Under the pieces are notes generated by a model. The model had not been told where the DNA came from. It saw only the letters and a list, made by a program, of their open reading frames with translations, and ran no database searches. From Pyrinomonadaceae bacterium (GTDB lineage Bacteria; Acidobacteriota; Blastocatellia; Pyrinomonadales; Pyrinomonadaceae), in contig JAHCHG010000002.1 of NCBI GenBank assembly GCA_026129865.1, forward strand, positions 244,096 through 308,095: 64,000 nt of DNA, given 5' to 3'. A program made the translations under genes and the position numbers. Positions 19,690-29,401 of this stretch are shown in pieces; the stretch's first letter is position 1; every line of letters starts with the position of its first letter.

Positions 19690-21210
19690 ATGAATAACGA
19701 AGAAAACGGAGAGATAAATAACTCCGAAGAATTTGAGACCGGCATTAACGAAACCGCGGAAACGCCGGCTCCGGAAACAGTTTCGACTTTCGGAACCGAA
19801 GGAAAATCAGCTTCGGTCACCTCAAAACCAGCCGGAATGAGCTCGATGGCGAAAGGATTGATCGTGGTTGCGATCGTGTTCTTGGTTGGCGCCGGTCTAG
19901 TGGTTTGGAAAGCCAAATTTGGACACAGCGGCGATGCTGCGCTTAACAAGATCACGGCGGAAGAGATGGAAATTCTCTTGAAAGATGCCAATCCGATGAT
20001 GCTCAAACGTCTCGCCGATGATCCGGAACTGCGCAAGCAGCAGGCGGAAAATCTGCAGCAGCTTCTTGCGGTCGCATCGCAGGCTCGAAAAGAAGGTTTC
20101 GATCAGGATCCGGCTGTGAAGGTCGAACTTGAGAACATGAGATCTGAGGTTCTTGCGGTAAATTACGATCAAACGATCAATAAGGACAAAGGTCCCATGC
20201 CTCCGTTCGGATTCATCGGTGAAGACCGCGTTAAGGAATTCTGGGCAAGCGGCAGCCACGAAGCCGAATTCCAAAAATTTCTCGATGCTAAGATCAAGCT
20301 GATGAAGGAAAACAATCCTTCAATGCAGGACCGCGAACCGAGCGAAGAAGAAATTCAGCAGGCAAAAGATTATTTTGCGAAGGTTCGTATTTACGAAGAA
20401 GAAGCTAAGCAAAAGTTGGCTTCGGGCGAACTCGGCGAAGATTTTCAGCGAAAAGTCGCTCTGCAAACCAAGCTTCAGCAGGCTCAGCTGCTTGCAAGAA
20501 TGTACGCGCAGAAAGTGCTTTCGAAAAAGGCGGAAGTTACCGATGCCGAGATCGATAAATACATTGCCGAGCATCCCGAACTGAGCCCCGAAACAAAGAA
20601 AAAGCAAGCCGAAGAAATTCTCGCCCGCGCTAAAGGCGGCGAAGATTTCGCAAAGCTCGCCGATGAATTTTCGCAGGATCCGGGCAACAACGGCGCGGAC
20701 GGCAAGAAGAACGGCGGACTTTACGCGAACGTCACCAAAGGCAAGATGATGCCGGAGTTTGAGGCAGCCGCATTGGCGCTCGAACCCGGAAAAGTGGCAG
20801 ACAATCTGGTCGAAACGCCGTACGGTTTCCATATCATCAAATTGGAACGAAAAGGCGAAACAAAAGATCAGAACGGTCAAGTTTCGGAATCGTACGACGT
20901 ACGCCACATTTTGATCTCGACAACGGTCAAGGACGAAGAGAATCCGATGGGTCGCGAATTGCCGGTCAGGGAAATGGTCCGTGCGAAACTCGAAGCCGAA
21001 CGCGAGAAGAAGACCCTGGATGACATTTTGGCGAACAATCCTGTCGAAGTTGCGGTCGATTACAAGATTCCGGAAGTTTCTGAAGAAGATCTTAAAAAGA
21101 TCATGGAGAAACAAATGCAGCAGCAGATGCCCGAAGGCGCTGCACCGCCGGCGGAAGTTCAGCCGAAACCGGACGCTAAGGAAAAGCCGAAGACTGAGAA
21201 GAAAAAGTAG
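19690..21210 (+). CDS. Membrane-anchored parvulin-type peptidyl-prolyl isomerase (PpiD/SurA-like)
   Basis: Acidic N-terminal tail, one TM helix (LIVVAIVFLVGAGLVVW), a parvulin core (GGLYANVTKGKMMPEFE...ETPYGFHIIK) and a Lys/Glu-rich tail. Confidence 0.8.
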   Translation: MNNEENGEINNSEEFETGINETAETPAPETVSTFGTEGKSASVTSKPAGMSSMAKGLIVVAIVFLVGAGLVVWKAKFGHSGDAALNKITAEEMEILLKDANPMMLKRLADDPELRKQQAENLQQLLAVASQARKEGFDQDPAVKVELENMRSEVLAVNYDQTINKDKGPMPPFGFIGEDRVKEFWASGSHEAEFQKFLDAKIKLMKENNPSMQDREPSEEEIQQAKDYFAKVRIYEEEAKQKLASGELGEDFQRKVALQTKLQQAQLLARMYAQKVLSKKAEVTDAEIDKYIAEHPELSPETKKKQAEEILARAKGGEDFAKLADEFSQDPGNNGADGKKNGGLYANVTKGKMMPEFEAAALALEPGKVADNLVETPYGFHIIKLERKGETKDQNGQVSESYDVRHILISTTVKDEENPMGRELPVREMVRAKLEAEREKKTLDDILANNPVEVAVDYKIPEVSEEDLKKIMEKQMQQQMPEGAAPPAEVQPKPDAKEKPKTEKKK

Positions 21211-21225
21211 CTTGATTCGTTATTC

Positions 21226-21274
21226 AAAGGTCGGTCGCGGTTGTTTTTCGGAACAGCTCGATCGACCTTTTTTA
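21226..21274 (+). terminator. Probable rho-independent terminator
   Basis: AAAGGTCGGTCG ... CGATCGACCTTT (one mismatch, loop of about 22 nt) followed by TTTT. Confidence 0.45.
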
Positions 21275-21289
21275 ACTTGAGACCCATCG

Positions 21290-22204
21290 ATGAATTTTGG
21301 CGATTACAGAGTTGAGATCGTTCCCGACAGCGAATTTCGGCTGGACGGCGGTGCAATGTTTGGCGTCGTCCCGCGCGTCCTATGGGAAAAAAAATGCCCG
21401 CCGGATGAACTGAACCGGATAAAACTGCAGATGAACTGCGTTTTTATTGACACAGGCAAAGAAAAAATACTTATCGAAACAGGCATCGGCGAAAAATGGA
21501 CGAGGAAACAAACGGAAATTTACGGAATTTTTCGCGAAAAGCCTTTTGCCGAAACGCTTTTTGAAAGCACGGGATGCGACCCGAAAGATATTACCATCGT
21601 CGTCAATACGCATCTGCATTTCGACCACGCGGGCGGAAACACGATATTGTCAAAACCGTCGGCGCTAGTTAATCGTTTATCCGACGAAGATTTGCCCGCG
21701 AATTACGCGAATTTTTACGACTTAAATAACTTCAAAGCTGTCCCACAGTTTCCAAACGCGCGTTATTTTGTTTCGGAATCTGAATTTAATGCCGCTGAAA
21801 ATCCGCACGAACGCGACCGGGCAAGTTATTTGCCGGAAAATTGGCGACCTTTGCAGAAAAGCGGGCAATTGGAATTAAAACCGGACAATTACGAAGTTGT
21901 CGAAGGTTTAGAAATGATAACCGAACGCGGGCATTCTCAAACGATGCAAACCTGGAAATTAACTCGCGGCGGCGAAACCATTTACGGCTTTGCCGATCTC
22001 ATCCCGACGAGGGCGCATATTTCCCTGCCGTGGATAATGGGCTACGACCTCTATCCGACAGAAACCTTGGAATTTAAGAAAAAGATCTTGCCGCAAGCCG
22101 TTAGAGAAAATTGGATTTGTCTTTTTTATCACGATTTTAAGACACCGCTTTGCCGTTTGACGGAAATTGATGGAAAATTAAGGGCAATAACTTATGAAAG
22201 CTAG
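21290..22204 (+). CDS. MBL-fold metallo-hydrolase
   Basis: The HLHFDHAGG metal-binding motif and a size of about 300 aa. Confidence 0.75.
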   Translation: MNFGDYRVEIVPDSEFRLDGGAMFGVVPRVLWEKKCPPDELNRIKLQMNCVFIDTGKEKILIETGIGEKWTRKQTEIYGIFREKPFAETLFESTGCDPKDITIVVNTHLHFDHAGGNTILSKPSALVNRLSDEDLPANYANFYDLNNFKAVPQFPNARYFVSESEFNAAENPHERDRASYLPENWRPLQKSGQLELKPDNYEVVEGLEMITERGHSQTMQTWKLTRGGETIYGFADLIPTRAHISLPWIMGYDLYPTETLEFKKKILPQAVRENWICLFYHDFKTPLCRLTEIDGKLRAITYES

Positions 22205-22394
22205 AACGATCGAAAATGTTGTTACAAAAATCAGTTTCGACAAGCAAAAGTCAGACTTTGCATATTGGCAAACCAAGAGTTACTCCGAAAGATTAGCCGC
22301 TTTGGAAGAAATCCGCGAAAAATGCAATAACTGGAAATATACCGATGCTGAACGAAGATTTCAGAGAGTTTGTCGAATCGTTATACCCAAATAA
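22194..22394 (+). CDS. Small hypothetical protein
   Basis: 66 aa, overlapping the MBL stop by 11 nt. It resembles small proteins with the pattern ...ERL.ALEE...RFQRV.RI, but I cannot name the family. Confidence 0.4.
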   Translation: MKARTIENVVTKISFDKQKSDFAYWQTKSYSERLAALEEIREKCNNWKYTDAERRFQRVCRIVIPK

Positions 22395-22402
22395 CTGGAA
22401 TT

Positions 22403-22660
22403 ATGTCGAAATCCGATAAAATCACAGCTCGAATTTTATCCGGAAATTCCGACGGAAACATTGATTTCAACGCTCTCCGAAACCTTCTGATAAAATTTGG
22501 ATTTAATGAAAGGATAAAAGGCAGTCACCATATTTTTACCAAAGATCGGGTAGAGGAAATAATAAATATCCAATCAATCGGATCGAAAGCCAAAGCGTAT
22601 CAAGTCAAACAAGTGCGAAATTTGATTTTGAAATATAAACTTGGAGCAAGCGATGAGTAA
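22403..22660 (+). CDS. hicA: HicA-family toxin (type II TA)
   Basis: FGFNERIKGSHHIF...KAKAYQVKQVRNLILKYKL. The stop overlaps the hicB start (ATGAGTAA). Confidence 0.65.
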   Translation: MSKSDKITARILSGNSDGNIDFNALRNLLIKFGFNERIKGSHHIFTKDRVEEIINIQSIGSKAKAYQVKQVRNLILKYKLGASDE

Positions 22661-22862
22661 GTACGAAATTATTATTTATTGGAGTGAAGAAGATAATTCT
22701 TTTATCGCCGAAGTTCCCGAACTTGCGGGCTGTATGGCAGACGGCGCGACTTATCAGGAAGCCCTTGCCAATGCGGAAATCATTATCGAAGAATGGATTG
22801 AAACGGCGCGGGATTTGGACAGACAAATTCCCGAACCGAAGGGTAGATTGGTTTTTGCATAG
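22653..22862 (+). CDS. hicB: HicB-family antitoxin
   Basis: YEIIIYWSEEDNSFIAEVPELAGCMADGATYQEALANAEIIIEEWIE is a typical HicB N-terminal domain. Confidence 0.75.
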   Translation: MSKYEIIIYWSEEDNSFIAEVPELAGCMADGATYQEALANAEIIIEEWIETARDLDRQIPEPKGRLVFA

Positions 22863-22866
22863 TTAT

Positions 22867-23397
22867 ATGGCGGTATTAGTCGAAGCAATTTCAGTAATAA
22901 TAAAAAAAGAAGCTGTTGAGCGGGAATTTTCTAAAGGTATTAATGAATTTGTTGATTTTGTTCCAAACAAAACTTTGTGTGCTGATGATGAAATTATAAG
23001 AGTAGGGTTTATGACTCCTGATGATGTAGAAAACTTCGTCAGACAGCTCGAACAAAACGGAATAGCATTTTTAGAAAATGGAAAATCTGTAGAAATTGCT
23101 GTAGTTGACCAATTTAACGGAATTACAACTGATTGCGACTGGCTTGATTATGGAACTGTATTACTTGAAGGAAAATATAAAATCGCGGCTTGTCAAATTG
23201 TTGATAGTAAAGTCAGTGTCGTTTTAACTCCTGAGGGATGGGATTATAAAAATTCATTAAGCCACAATCCGGGTAATATCCTTCCGGAAAGATTAAAGAA
23301 AAGTTTTAAATTTTTAAGACACGAAAATGGTTTAGATGTTTATCTCAATCTCGCTACTGGAAAAGAAATTTTTGTTGGGCGAACTGAAAAAACTTAG
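22867..23397 (+). CDS. Hypothetical protein, AT-rich orphan
   Basis: 176 aa starting 5 nt after hicB. It is visibly more AT-rich than its neighbours. No family recognised. Confidence 0.5.
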   Translation: MAVLVEAISVIIKKEAVEREFSKGINEFVDFVPNKTLCADDEIIRVGFMTPDDVENFVRQLEQNGIAFLENGKSVEIAVVDQFNGITTDCDWLDYGTVLLEGKYKIAACQIVDSKVSVVLTPEGWDYKNSLSHNPGNILPERLKKSFKFLRHENGLDVYLNLATGKEIFVGRTEKT

Positions 23398-23411
23398 AAA
23401 AATTTTATTTT

Positions 23412-24305
23412 ATGGAACAAGTAAAAATCGGAATTATCGGCGGCTCTGGATTGTACCAGATGCCGGAATTGACGGATGTCAAAGAAACGGAAGTCGACAC
23501 GCCGTTCGGCAAGCCTTCGGACGCTTTTATTATCGGAACGCTCGAAGGCGAGCGCGTCGCTTTTTTGCCGCGTCACGGGCGCGGGCATAAACATCTGCCG
23601 ACGGAACTTCCCTTCCGGGCGAACATCTACGCGATGAAAATGCTCGGCGTGGATTATATTTTGTCGGTTTCGGCGGTCGGAAGTTTAAGAGAAGATTACG
23701 CGCCGACGGATTTTTGTATTCCCGATCAGTTTTTCGACCGGACGCGTGCGCGAGCCGAAGAATCGACATTTTTCGGCGAAGGCATTGTCGGTCACATTAC
23801 ATTTTCGCATCCGGTCTGTGAAGAATTGGGCGATATTTTGGAAGAATCGTGCAAAACGGTCGAAGATCTGAAGATCCATCGCGGCGGAACTTATATTTGC
23901 ATGGAAGGTCCGGCGTTTTCGACGAAAGCCGAATCGAACGTTTACCGAAGTTGGGGAATGGACATTGTCGGAATGACCAATTTGCAGGAAGCAAAACTCG
24001 CGCGTGAGGCTGAGATTGCTTATGCAACTTTGGCATTAGTTACCGATTACGATTGCTGGCACGAAGACCACGACGCGGTTTCGATCGATATGGTTGTAGA
24101 ATATCTGACGAAAAACGTCCGCAATGCTCAGCTTGTGTTAAAGGAAGCCGTGAAGCGAGTTGCAAACAAGGAAACGCCTAATCCTTTCGAAGGCGCGACC
24201 AAAAACGCGATTTTTACGCAGCCCGAACATTGGAATCCGGAAACGGCAAAAAAACTCGATGCCATTATCGGAAAATACGGTCCGAAATCGGCATCGGTTG
24301 AGTAG
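23412..24305 (+). CDS. mtnP: S-methyl-5'-thioadenosine phosphorylase
   Basis: [44 protein letters not shown] and ALVTDYDCW. Confidence 0.85.
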   Translation: MEQVKIGIIGGSGLYQMPELTDVKETEVDTPFGKPSDAFIIGTLEGERVAFLPRHGRGHKHLPTELPFRANIYAMKMLGVDYILSVSAVGSLREDYAPTDFCIPDQFFDRTRARAEESTFFGEGIVGHITFSHPVCEELGDILEESCKTVEDLKIHRGGTYICMEGPAFSTKAESNVYRSWGMDIVGMTNLQEAKLAREAEIAYATLALVTDYDCWHEDHDAVSIDMVVEYLTKNVRNAQLVLKEAVKRVANKETPNPFEGATKNAIFTQPEHWNPETAKKLDAIIGKYGPKSASVE

Positions 24306-24336
24306 ATCGACGGTAAATTAAAACGAGCGGAGCGAA

Positions 24337-24834
24337 TTATTTATTCGCTTCGCTTTTTCGTTCGGCTTCCTTTTGCGAATCGACAGTCGTGCTTTTACCG
24401 GTTTTTATAATTTTGGGCGCTTTTCCGCCGATGCCTTCGCCGTAAACTACCTTGTTGCTAATGCCCGAAGCATTTATCTCGCCGACTTTTTCAACCGACA
24501 CTTTGTTCGAAACGCCTTTTACAGTCAGCTTTTTGCATTCGCCGGTAAATTTATAAGTATTAGCCGTCGCGTCGTCTTCGATCACGACCTCGCGCCCGCT
24601 ACATTCGATCGTTCGATCTTCGGCGGTCGCATTGAGAACGAGTTCGCCGCCCTGTTCCTCGGTTTTTGACTTATTTGCATTGTTTGCGTCGGAACTATTC
24701 GCCGAAACGGGATCCGTACCGCGCTGGTTTGCTACTTCCGCAGAATTAACGTTATTCGCCTGCGGAGTTTCTTTGAATTCATAATTGCAGCCGAACGTGA
24801 AAACTGTAATTGCGATGATAAATGCTTTTTTCAT
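24337..24834 (-). CDS. DUF3060-like lipoprotein
   Basis: Lipobox TFGC and repeated GxSNKVxV strands (VKGVSNKVSVEKVGEINASGISNKVVY). Confidence 0.65.
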   Translation of the reverse strand: MKKAFIIAITVFTFGCNYEFKETPQANNVNSAEVANQRGTDPVSANSSDANNANKSKTEEQGGELVLNATAEDRTIECSGREVVIEDDATANTYKFTGECKKLTVKGVSNKVSVEKVGEINASGISNKVVYGEGIGGKAPKIIKTGKSTTVDSQKEAERKSEANK

Positions 24835-25024
24835 AAATATTTTCGGCGGTCAGTTTTATTAATTCTTGGAACTTTGCTACTCGCCGGAATTCGGCAATGA
24901 TAGCATCTGAAAGAGTAATATGTAAAAATTCGTTTTGTTCAGTTCGCTGCCGGTGTTTCGAACCTTTGTGCATTTTTCGGCATCTGACAACCCGAATCAA
25001 CTGATTTTTTATTCGGATAATTTT

Positions 25025-25489
25025 ATGAAAAAGATAGTTTTTTTGTTCTGTTTATTGTTTTTCTCTGCGGCGCTGTCGCAATCGGCGACGGCACAGGATA
25101 AGCCCGATGAACCCGTTTCGATCGATGTTTTGTTCGAGCAAGACGCCAAACATAATTTAAATGTTGCGAATCAATATTTTAAATTAAAAAAGGCTTATAT
25201 TGCGGTTCTTGCACGGTTTGAGGAAACGCTCGCGGCTTACCCGCAGTTTTCCAAAATGGACGAATTTTATTATATCGCCGGCATGAGCAGTTATTATCTG
25301 TCTGAAAACAAAGGCAAGCAGAAGGTTGAACTTTTGAACCTTTCGGATGAAGAGAAAGAAAAATACGCTCCTGAAAAATTGAAGGAGGACGCGACGGCTT
25401 ATTTCGGAATTATTCTTGAAAAATATCCGAACAGCGAACGACGCGGCGATGCAGAGAAAATGCTGAAAAAACTAAAAGACGAGAAATGA
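25025..25489 (+). CDS. Secreted helical (TPR/BamD-like) protein
   Basis: Signal peptide MKKIVFLFCLLFFSAALSQSATA and helical repeats. The start was moved to Met31 of the track ORF. Confidence 0.45.
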   Translation: MKKIVFLFCLLFFSAALSQSATAQDKPDEPVSIDVLFEQDAKHNLNVANQYFKLKKAYIAVLARFEETLAAYPQFSKMDEFYYIAGMSSYYLSENKGKQKVELLNLSDEEKEKYAPEKLKEDATAYFGIILEKYPNSERRGDAEKMLKKLKDEK

Positions 25490-25875
25490 ATCTCAATCAG
25501 CTGACGATCTTCACGAATAAACCTCTTGAAACGGTCGAATTTTATGAACGGCTGGGTTTAACGCTGATCGTCGATTCGCGTCCGCGCTATGCTCGGCTTC
25601 TCTGCCCCGACGGCGATTCCACGCTTTCTGTCCACGAAGATCGATCCGACCGCGTCGGTTCCGGGATCGTCATTTATTTTGAATGCGAGGATCTCGATTT
25701 TAAGGTCAGCGAATTAAAATATCTCGGGCTTCAGTTTGACGAAGATCCGACAGATAAAGAATGGCTCTGGCGCGAAGCCTATTTGAACGATCCAGCCGGC
25801 AATCGCGTTTGTCTGTTTTATGCGGGCGAAAATCGCATAAATCCTCCGTGGCGTGTCGGTGAAAACGCTGAATGA
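25486..25875 (+). CDS. VOC (glyoxalase/bleomycin-resistance) family protein
   Basis: 129 aa with a beta-alpha-beta-beta-beta style pattern (FYERLGL...IYFECEDLD...DPAGNRVCLF). The start overlaps the previous stop. Confidence 0.7.
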   Translation: MNLNQLTIFTNKPLETVEFYERLGLTLIVDSRPRYARLLCPDGDSTLSVHEDRSDRVGSGIVIYFECEDLDFKVSELKYLGLQFDEDPTDKEWLWREAYLNDPAGNRVCLFYAGENRINPPWRVGENAE

Positions 25876-25978
25876 AATATCTTCGTCCTTTCAAAACGAC
25901 CTTCTTTGCTCAAACGTCTCATAACCCTTATAATCTTGAGTTTTTAACAGCAATAATAATTCACAGGAGCAATTTAAG

Positions 25979-26914
25979 ATGTCTTTAACAGTTGTAGGTT
26001 CGGTTGCGTTTGACGCATTGGAAACGCCGTTTGGCAAACGTGATCGTTTATTGGGCGGTGCGGCGACGCATTTCTCACTTTCGGCGAGTAATTTTACGGA
26101 TGTTCGATGTATCGGCGTCGTCGGAAACGACTTCGGCGACGGCGAATGGGCGGTTTTTAATCGTCATAACATCAACACGGACGATATTGAGGTCGTTGCG
26201 GACGGCAAAACGTTTTTCTGGCGCGGAAAATATGAATACGATCTGAATACGGCACACACGCTGGACACGCAGCTTAATGTTTTTGAAAATTTCCAGCCGA
26301 AACCGTCGGAAGAATCGAAAAATTCCAGGCTTTTATTTTTAGCGAATATTCTGCCGATGCTCCAAAAAGAAGTAAGAGAATCTTCAAATGCCGAATTTGT
26401 CGCGATGGATACGATGAATTTCTGGATCGATTCGATGAAAGACGCGGTGATTGAAACCGTTAAAGTCGTTGACTGCGTGATAATTAACGACGCTGAAGCG
26501 CGCCAGCTTGCCGACGAACCGAATATTCACAAAGCAGCCCGCAAAATCATGAGCTGGGGACCGAAAGCGATCGCGATCAAACGCGGCGAATACGGCGCGG
26601 CGCTTTTCACGAAAGAAAATTACTTTGCGATTCCGGCATACCCGCTCGAATCCGTTTTTGATCCGACCGGCGCAGGCGATACATTTGCGGGCGGTTTTAT
26701 GGGTTATCTTGCCAGCCAGGAAAAGATAGACGAATCTGCAATGCGCCGCGCGATGATCTATGGTTCGGTTATGGCTTCGTTTAACGTTGAAGAATTCGGC
26801 ACGGAGCGAGTTGACCGTTTGACGCATGACGAGATCAACCAGCGTTTCAGCGATTTCAAGCAGTTTACGCATTTTGAAGAGATCCCGTTCGAACGCGCGT
26901 CGTCTGCCGCTTAA
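25979..26914 (+). CDS. PfkB-family sugar/nucleoside kinase
   Basis: GGAATHF near the N-terminus and the DPTGAGDTFAGGF anion-hole motif. AGGAG Shine-Dalgarno upstream. Confidence 0.85.
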   Translation: MSLTVVGSVAFDALETPFGKRDRLLGGAATHFSLSASNFTDVRCIGVVGNDFGDGEWAVFNRHNINTDDIEVVADGKTFFWRGKYEYDLNTAHTLDTQLNVFENFQPKPSEESKNSRLLFLANILPMLQKEVRESSNAEFVAMDTMNFWIDSMKDAVIETVKVVDCVIINDAEARQLADEPNIHKAARKIMSWGPKAIAIKRGEYGAALFTKENYFAIPAYPLESVFDPTGAGDTFAGGFMGYLASQEKIDESAMRRAMIYGSVMASFNVEEFGTERVDRLTHDEINQRFSDFKQFTHFEEIPFERASSAA

Positions 26915-26923
26915 AACGAAGAT

Positions 26924-26990
26924 CGGAATAGATGAAAGATGGGAAGGAAAAGGTATTTGAAAAACTCATCTTTCATCTTTCATCTATCCG
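26924..26990. repeat. Long hairpin built from AAGATGA-type heptads
   Basis: CGGAATAGATGAAAGATG pairs with CATCTTTCATCTATCCG (17 bp, one bulge, loop of about 32 nt). The right arm is a tandem CATCTTT CATCTTT CATCTAT. Confidence 0.6.
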
Positions 26991-27019
26991 GAAATTATCG
27001 CCGGTCTAGAATTTAACCG

Positions 27020-27442
27020 ATGAAACAATTTATCGTTCTAACGCTGCTAACTGCGATCCTTTCCTTAAACATATTTGGACAGAACGATTCCGCCGCTGCT
27101 CCGCGTCAAATGCCTGCGGATTTTAAGAGCGACGGCTGTTCGCTTTTCCCGGACGGAAAGTACCGCGACTGCTGCGTTGCGCATGATACGGACTATTATT
27201 TCGGCGGCTCGTGCAAAGCGCGGCTCAAATCGGACAACCGGCTTTTTAAATGCGTCGCCGCCAAAAAAGGCGTTTATCCGAAATTGATCGCGCCTTTTAT
27301 GTGGCTCGGTGTAAGAGTTTTCGGAGTTTCGTTTTTGCCCACGCCGTTTCGCTGGGGATTTGGTAAGAACAATTCTGCAAAAACAAAAGAGGAAGCGAAA
27401 CCGAAAAAAGATTTGAAGATCAAGAAAGCTGCCGAGCCGTAA
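27020..27442 (+). CDS. Secreted phospholipase A2-like protein
   Basis: Signal peptide, then DGCSLFPDGKYRDCCVAHDTDYYFGG, which resembles the CCxxHDxxY catalytic signature of PLA2. Lys-rich tail. Confidence 0.5.
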   Translation: MKQFIVLTLLTAILSLNIFGQNDSAAAPRQMPADFKSDGCSLFPDGKYRDCCVAHDTDYYFGGSCKARLKSDNRLFKCVAAKKGVYPKLIAPFMWLGVRVFGVSFLPTPFRWGFGKNNSAKTKEEAKPKKDLKIKKAAEP

Positions 27443-27552
27443 ATTCAAGCTTAGCTTAAATTTCTTAATTAATTTTTGAAGATAATTTTAATGGTCAGGT
27501 TTTAAATTTTCAGTTGTTTCATCGAAACACAGAAGATAGGTCGAGATTAAAA

Positions 27553-28266
27553 ATGAGCAATTTATCCGATATCGGATTTCCGGTAAAAGGTGAGCAGGAT
27601 GTTAACGATGTGATCATGAAAGTTCTTGACCATGCGAAAGATATTCCCTGCCCCAACGGGTTTTACCTGAAATTTTCGGATGAATCCGGTGCGCAGATCT
27701 TTCTGCAGGGAAACAAGGCTCAGGAATTGATCGGATTTAACCCGCATTTCGCTGGAACGAGCCGTAGAAAGATTCGCGTCGAAAAATCTATCGAGCGTGA
27801 GTCGTCCGAACTCGACGGCGGGTTTCTCGCTTCTGACGAGTCAGGCGACTTTACATTCGTTTTCGACGTTCCGGATTTTCGAACGGTTTCGCAAAAAGGA
27901 CTTCCGGCGGTTCGCGAAATTCAGCTGACGGCATTCGCTTCGAACGATCTGAAGATATTTGAATCGGAAAAGATCTTTTCAGCTTCACAGGACGGCTCGT
28001 CCAGGTCTTTTGCCGCGAGCGGTCTTTTTGCTCCGGATTCGGATGAACCGCAGGATTCGCCCAATCCTTTCGGAAAGATTTCCGGCGAGATAACGGAATT
28101 TGAGCTAAAAACCAACTCGATGACCGGTGAAAACTTTTACTGGTTTCTGATCGAAACGCTCGGCGGCAAGATCGACGTTGTCGCAGACTCGAAATTGATC
28201 GATATCGAACCGGAAAAGGGCTCGATCGTTAGCGGACAATTTTGGCTGTCGGGCAGATTTATGTAA
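27553..28266 (+). CDS. Hypothetical cytoplasmic protein
   Basis: 237 aa with no signal peptide. No family recognised. The start was moved to Met14 of the track ORF. Confidence 0.5.
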   Translation: MSNLSDIGFPVKGEQDVNDVIMKVLDHAKDIPCPNGFYLKFSDESGAQIFLQGNKAQELIGFNPHFAGTSRRKIRVEKSIERESSELDGGFLASDESGDFTFVFDVPDFRTVSQKGLPAVREIQLTAFASNDLKIFESEKIFSASQDGSSRSFAASGLFAPDSDEPQDSPNPFGKISGEITEFELKTNSMTGENFYWFLIETLGGKIDVVADSKLIDIEPEKGSIVSGQFWLSGRFM

Positions 28267-28277
28267 GGATTGTTTTC

Positions 28278-28586
28278 ATGATCGTCGTTTTAACCACCAC
28301 ATCGACAGAAAAAGAAGCTGAAAAGCTCGCGCGCAAGATTTTGGCAACACGGTTAGCCGCGTGTGTGCAGATTCTTCCGCAAATGAAATCTTTGTATGTT
28401 TGGGAAGGAACGATTCAAACGGATAACGAGAATCTGCTTGTTATCAAAACTTCGAAGGACAACTTTACGCAGCTTCGTGAATTCATTTCGGAAAACCACA
28501 GTTACGATACGCCCGAAATAGTAGCGCTCGAAACGGCGGGAGTTAGCGAAAAGTATGCTAAATGGCTTTCGGATTCAGTGATCTAG
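28278..28586 (+). CDS. cutA: Divalent-cation tolerance protein CutA
   Basis: IVVLTTTSTEKEAEKLARKILATRLAACVQI...YVWEG...YDTPEIVAL is the typical CutA1 pattern. Confidence 0.8.
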   Translation: MIVVLTTTSTEKEAEKLARKILATRLAACVQILPQMKSLYVWEGTIQTDNENLLVIKTSKDNFTQLREFISENHSYDTPEIVALETAGVSEKYAKWLSDSVI

Positions 28587-29389
28587 GAATCGGAATTTTC
28601 CACTCCGTTCTCGTCGCAGCAGTTTTTAATAAAATCGACCGCGTCTTTGGGCGAATCGGTCAAATACATTAGACCGAGGTCTTTGGAATTAATGTTCTTT
28701 TCTTTCAGCATGGTGGAAGTTATCCACGAAACCAAGCCTTTCCAGTATGACGAATCGAACAGAACGACCGGAAAGTTTCTGATCTTCCGCGTTTGAATTA
28801 ATGTAAGCGCTTCAAAAATTTCATCCATAGTCCCAAATCCGCCGGGAAATATCACATAGGCATTGCTGTATTTTATGAACATGGTTTTGCGAACCATGAA
28901 ATATTTGAATGTTAAAAGATGGGTTTGATAAGGATTCGGGATCTGTTCAAACGGCAGTTCGATATTGCAGCCGACCGATATCCCGCCCGCCTCAAAAGCA
29001 CCGCGGTTTCCGGCTTCCATTATTCCGGGACCGCCGCCGGTCAGAACTTCAAAACCGGCTTCGGCAAGAAGTTTGCCCGTTTCACGTGCGGCTTCATAAC
29101 TTTCGTGTCCTTCAGGCGTTCTTGCAGATCCAAATATGGTTACTCCGCGCGTAATTGTCGCCAGAGCATCAAAACCGTTTACGCACTCGCTCATGATACG
29201 AAAAACACGCCACGAATCCGAACTTTTAAACGCATCGTCCGGTTCGGGAGACCGCAGCAATGCTTCATCTTCCGTAACTTGCCAAACCATCGAAGCCTGT
29301 TCCTTGGCTTCTGCAACCGTTTCGGGTTCGTCGAACGTCTTCGCCTTCGGCGATTGTTTTCTTCTACGCTTTTTCAAATTTTCCGCCAT
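28583..29389 (-). CDS. LOG-family (TIGR00730) nucleotide phosphoribohydrolase
   Basis: GGGPGIMEAGNRGA and PGGFGTMDEIFE motifs, with an N-terminal extension of about 60 aa. Confidence 0.85.
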   Translation of the reverse strand: MAENLKKRRRKQSPKAKTFDEPETVAEAKEQASMVWQVTEDEALLRSPEPDDAFKSSDSWRVFRIMSECVNGFDALATITRGVTIFGSARTPEGHESYEAARETGKLLAEAGFEVLTGGGPGIMEAGNRGAFEAGGISVGCNIELPFEQIPNPYQTHLLTFKYFMVRKTMFIKYSNAYVIFPGGFGTMDEIFEALTLIQTRKIRNFPVVLFDSSYWKGLVSWITSTMLKEKNINSKDLGLMYLTDSPKDAVDFIKNCCDENGVENSDS

Positions 29390-29401
29390 ATTTGTGAGGT
29401 C

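Noticed and set aside
20320-21114. 264-aa minus-strand ORF
   Set aside because: It is antisense to the parvulin PPIase gene, which has clear motifs. No recognisable domain, and the composition is skewed toward Phe, Arg and Leu.
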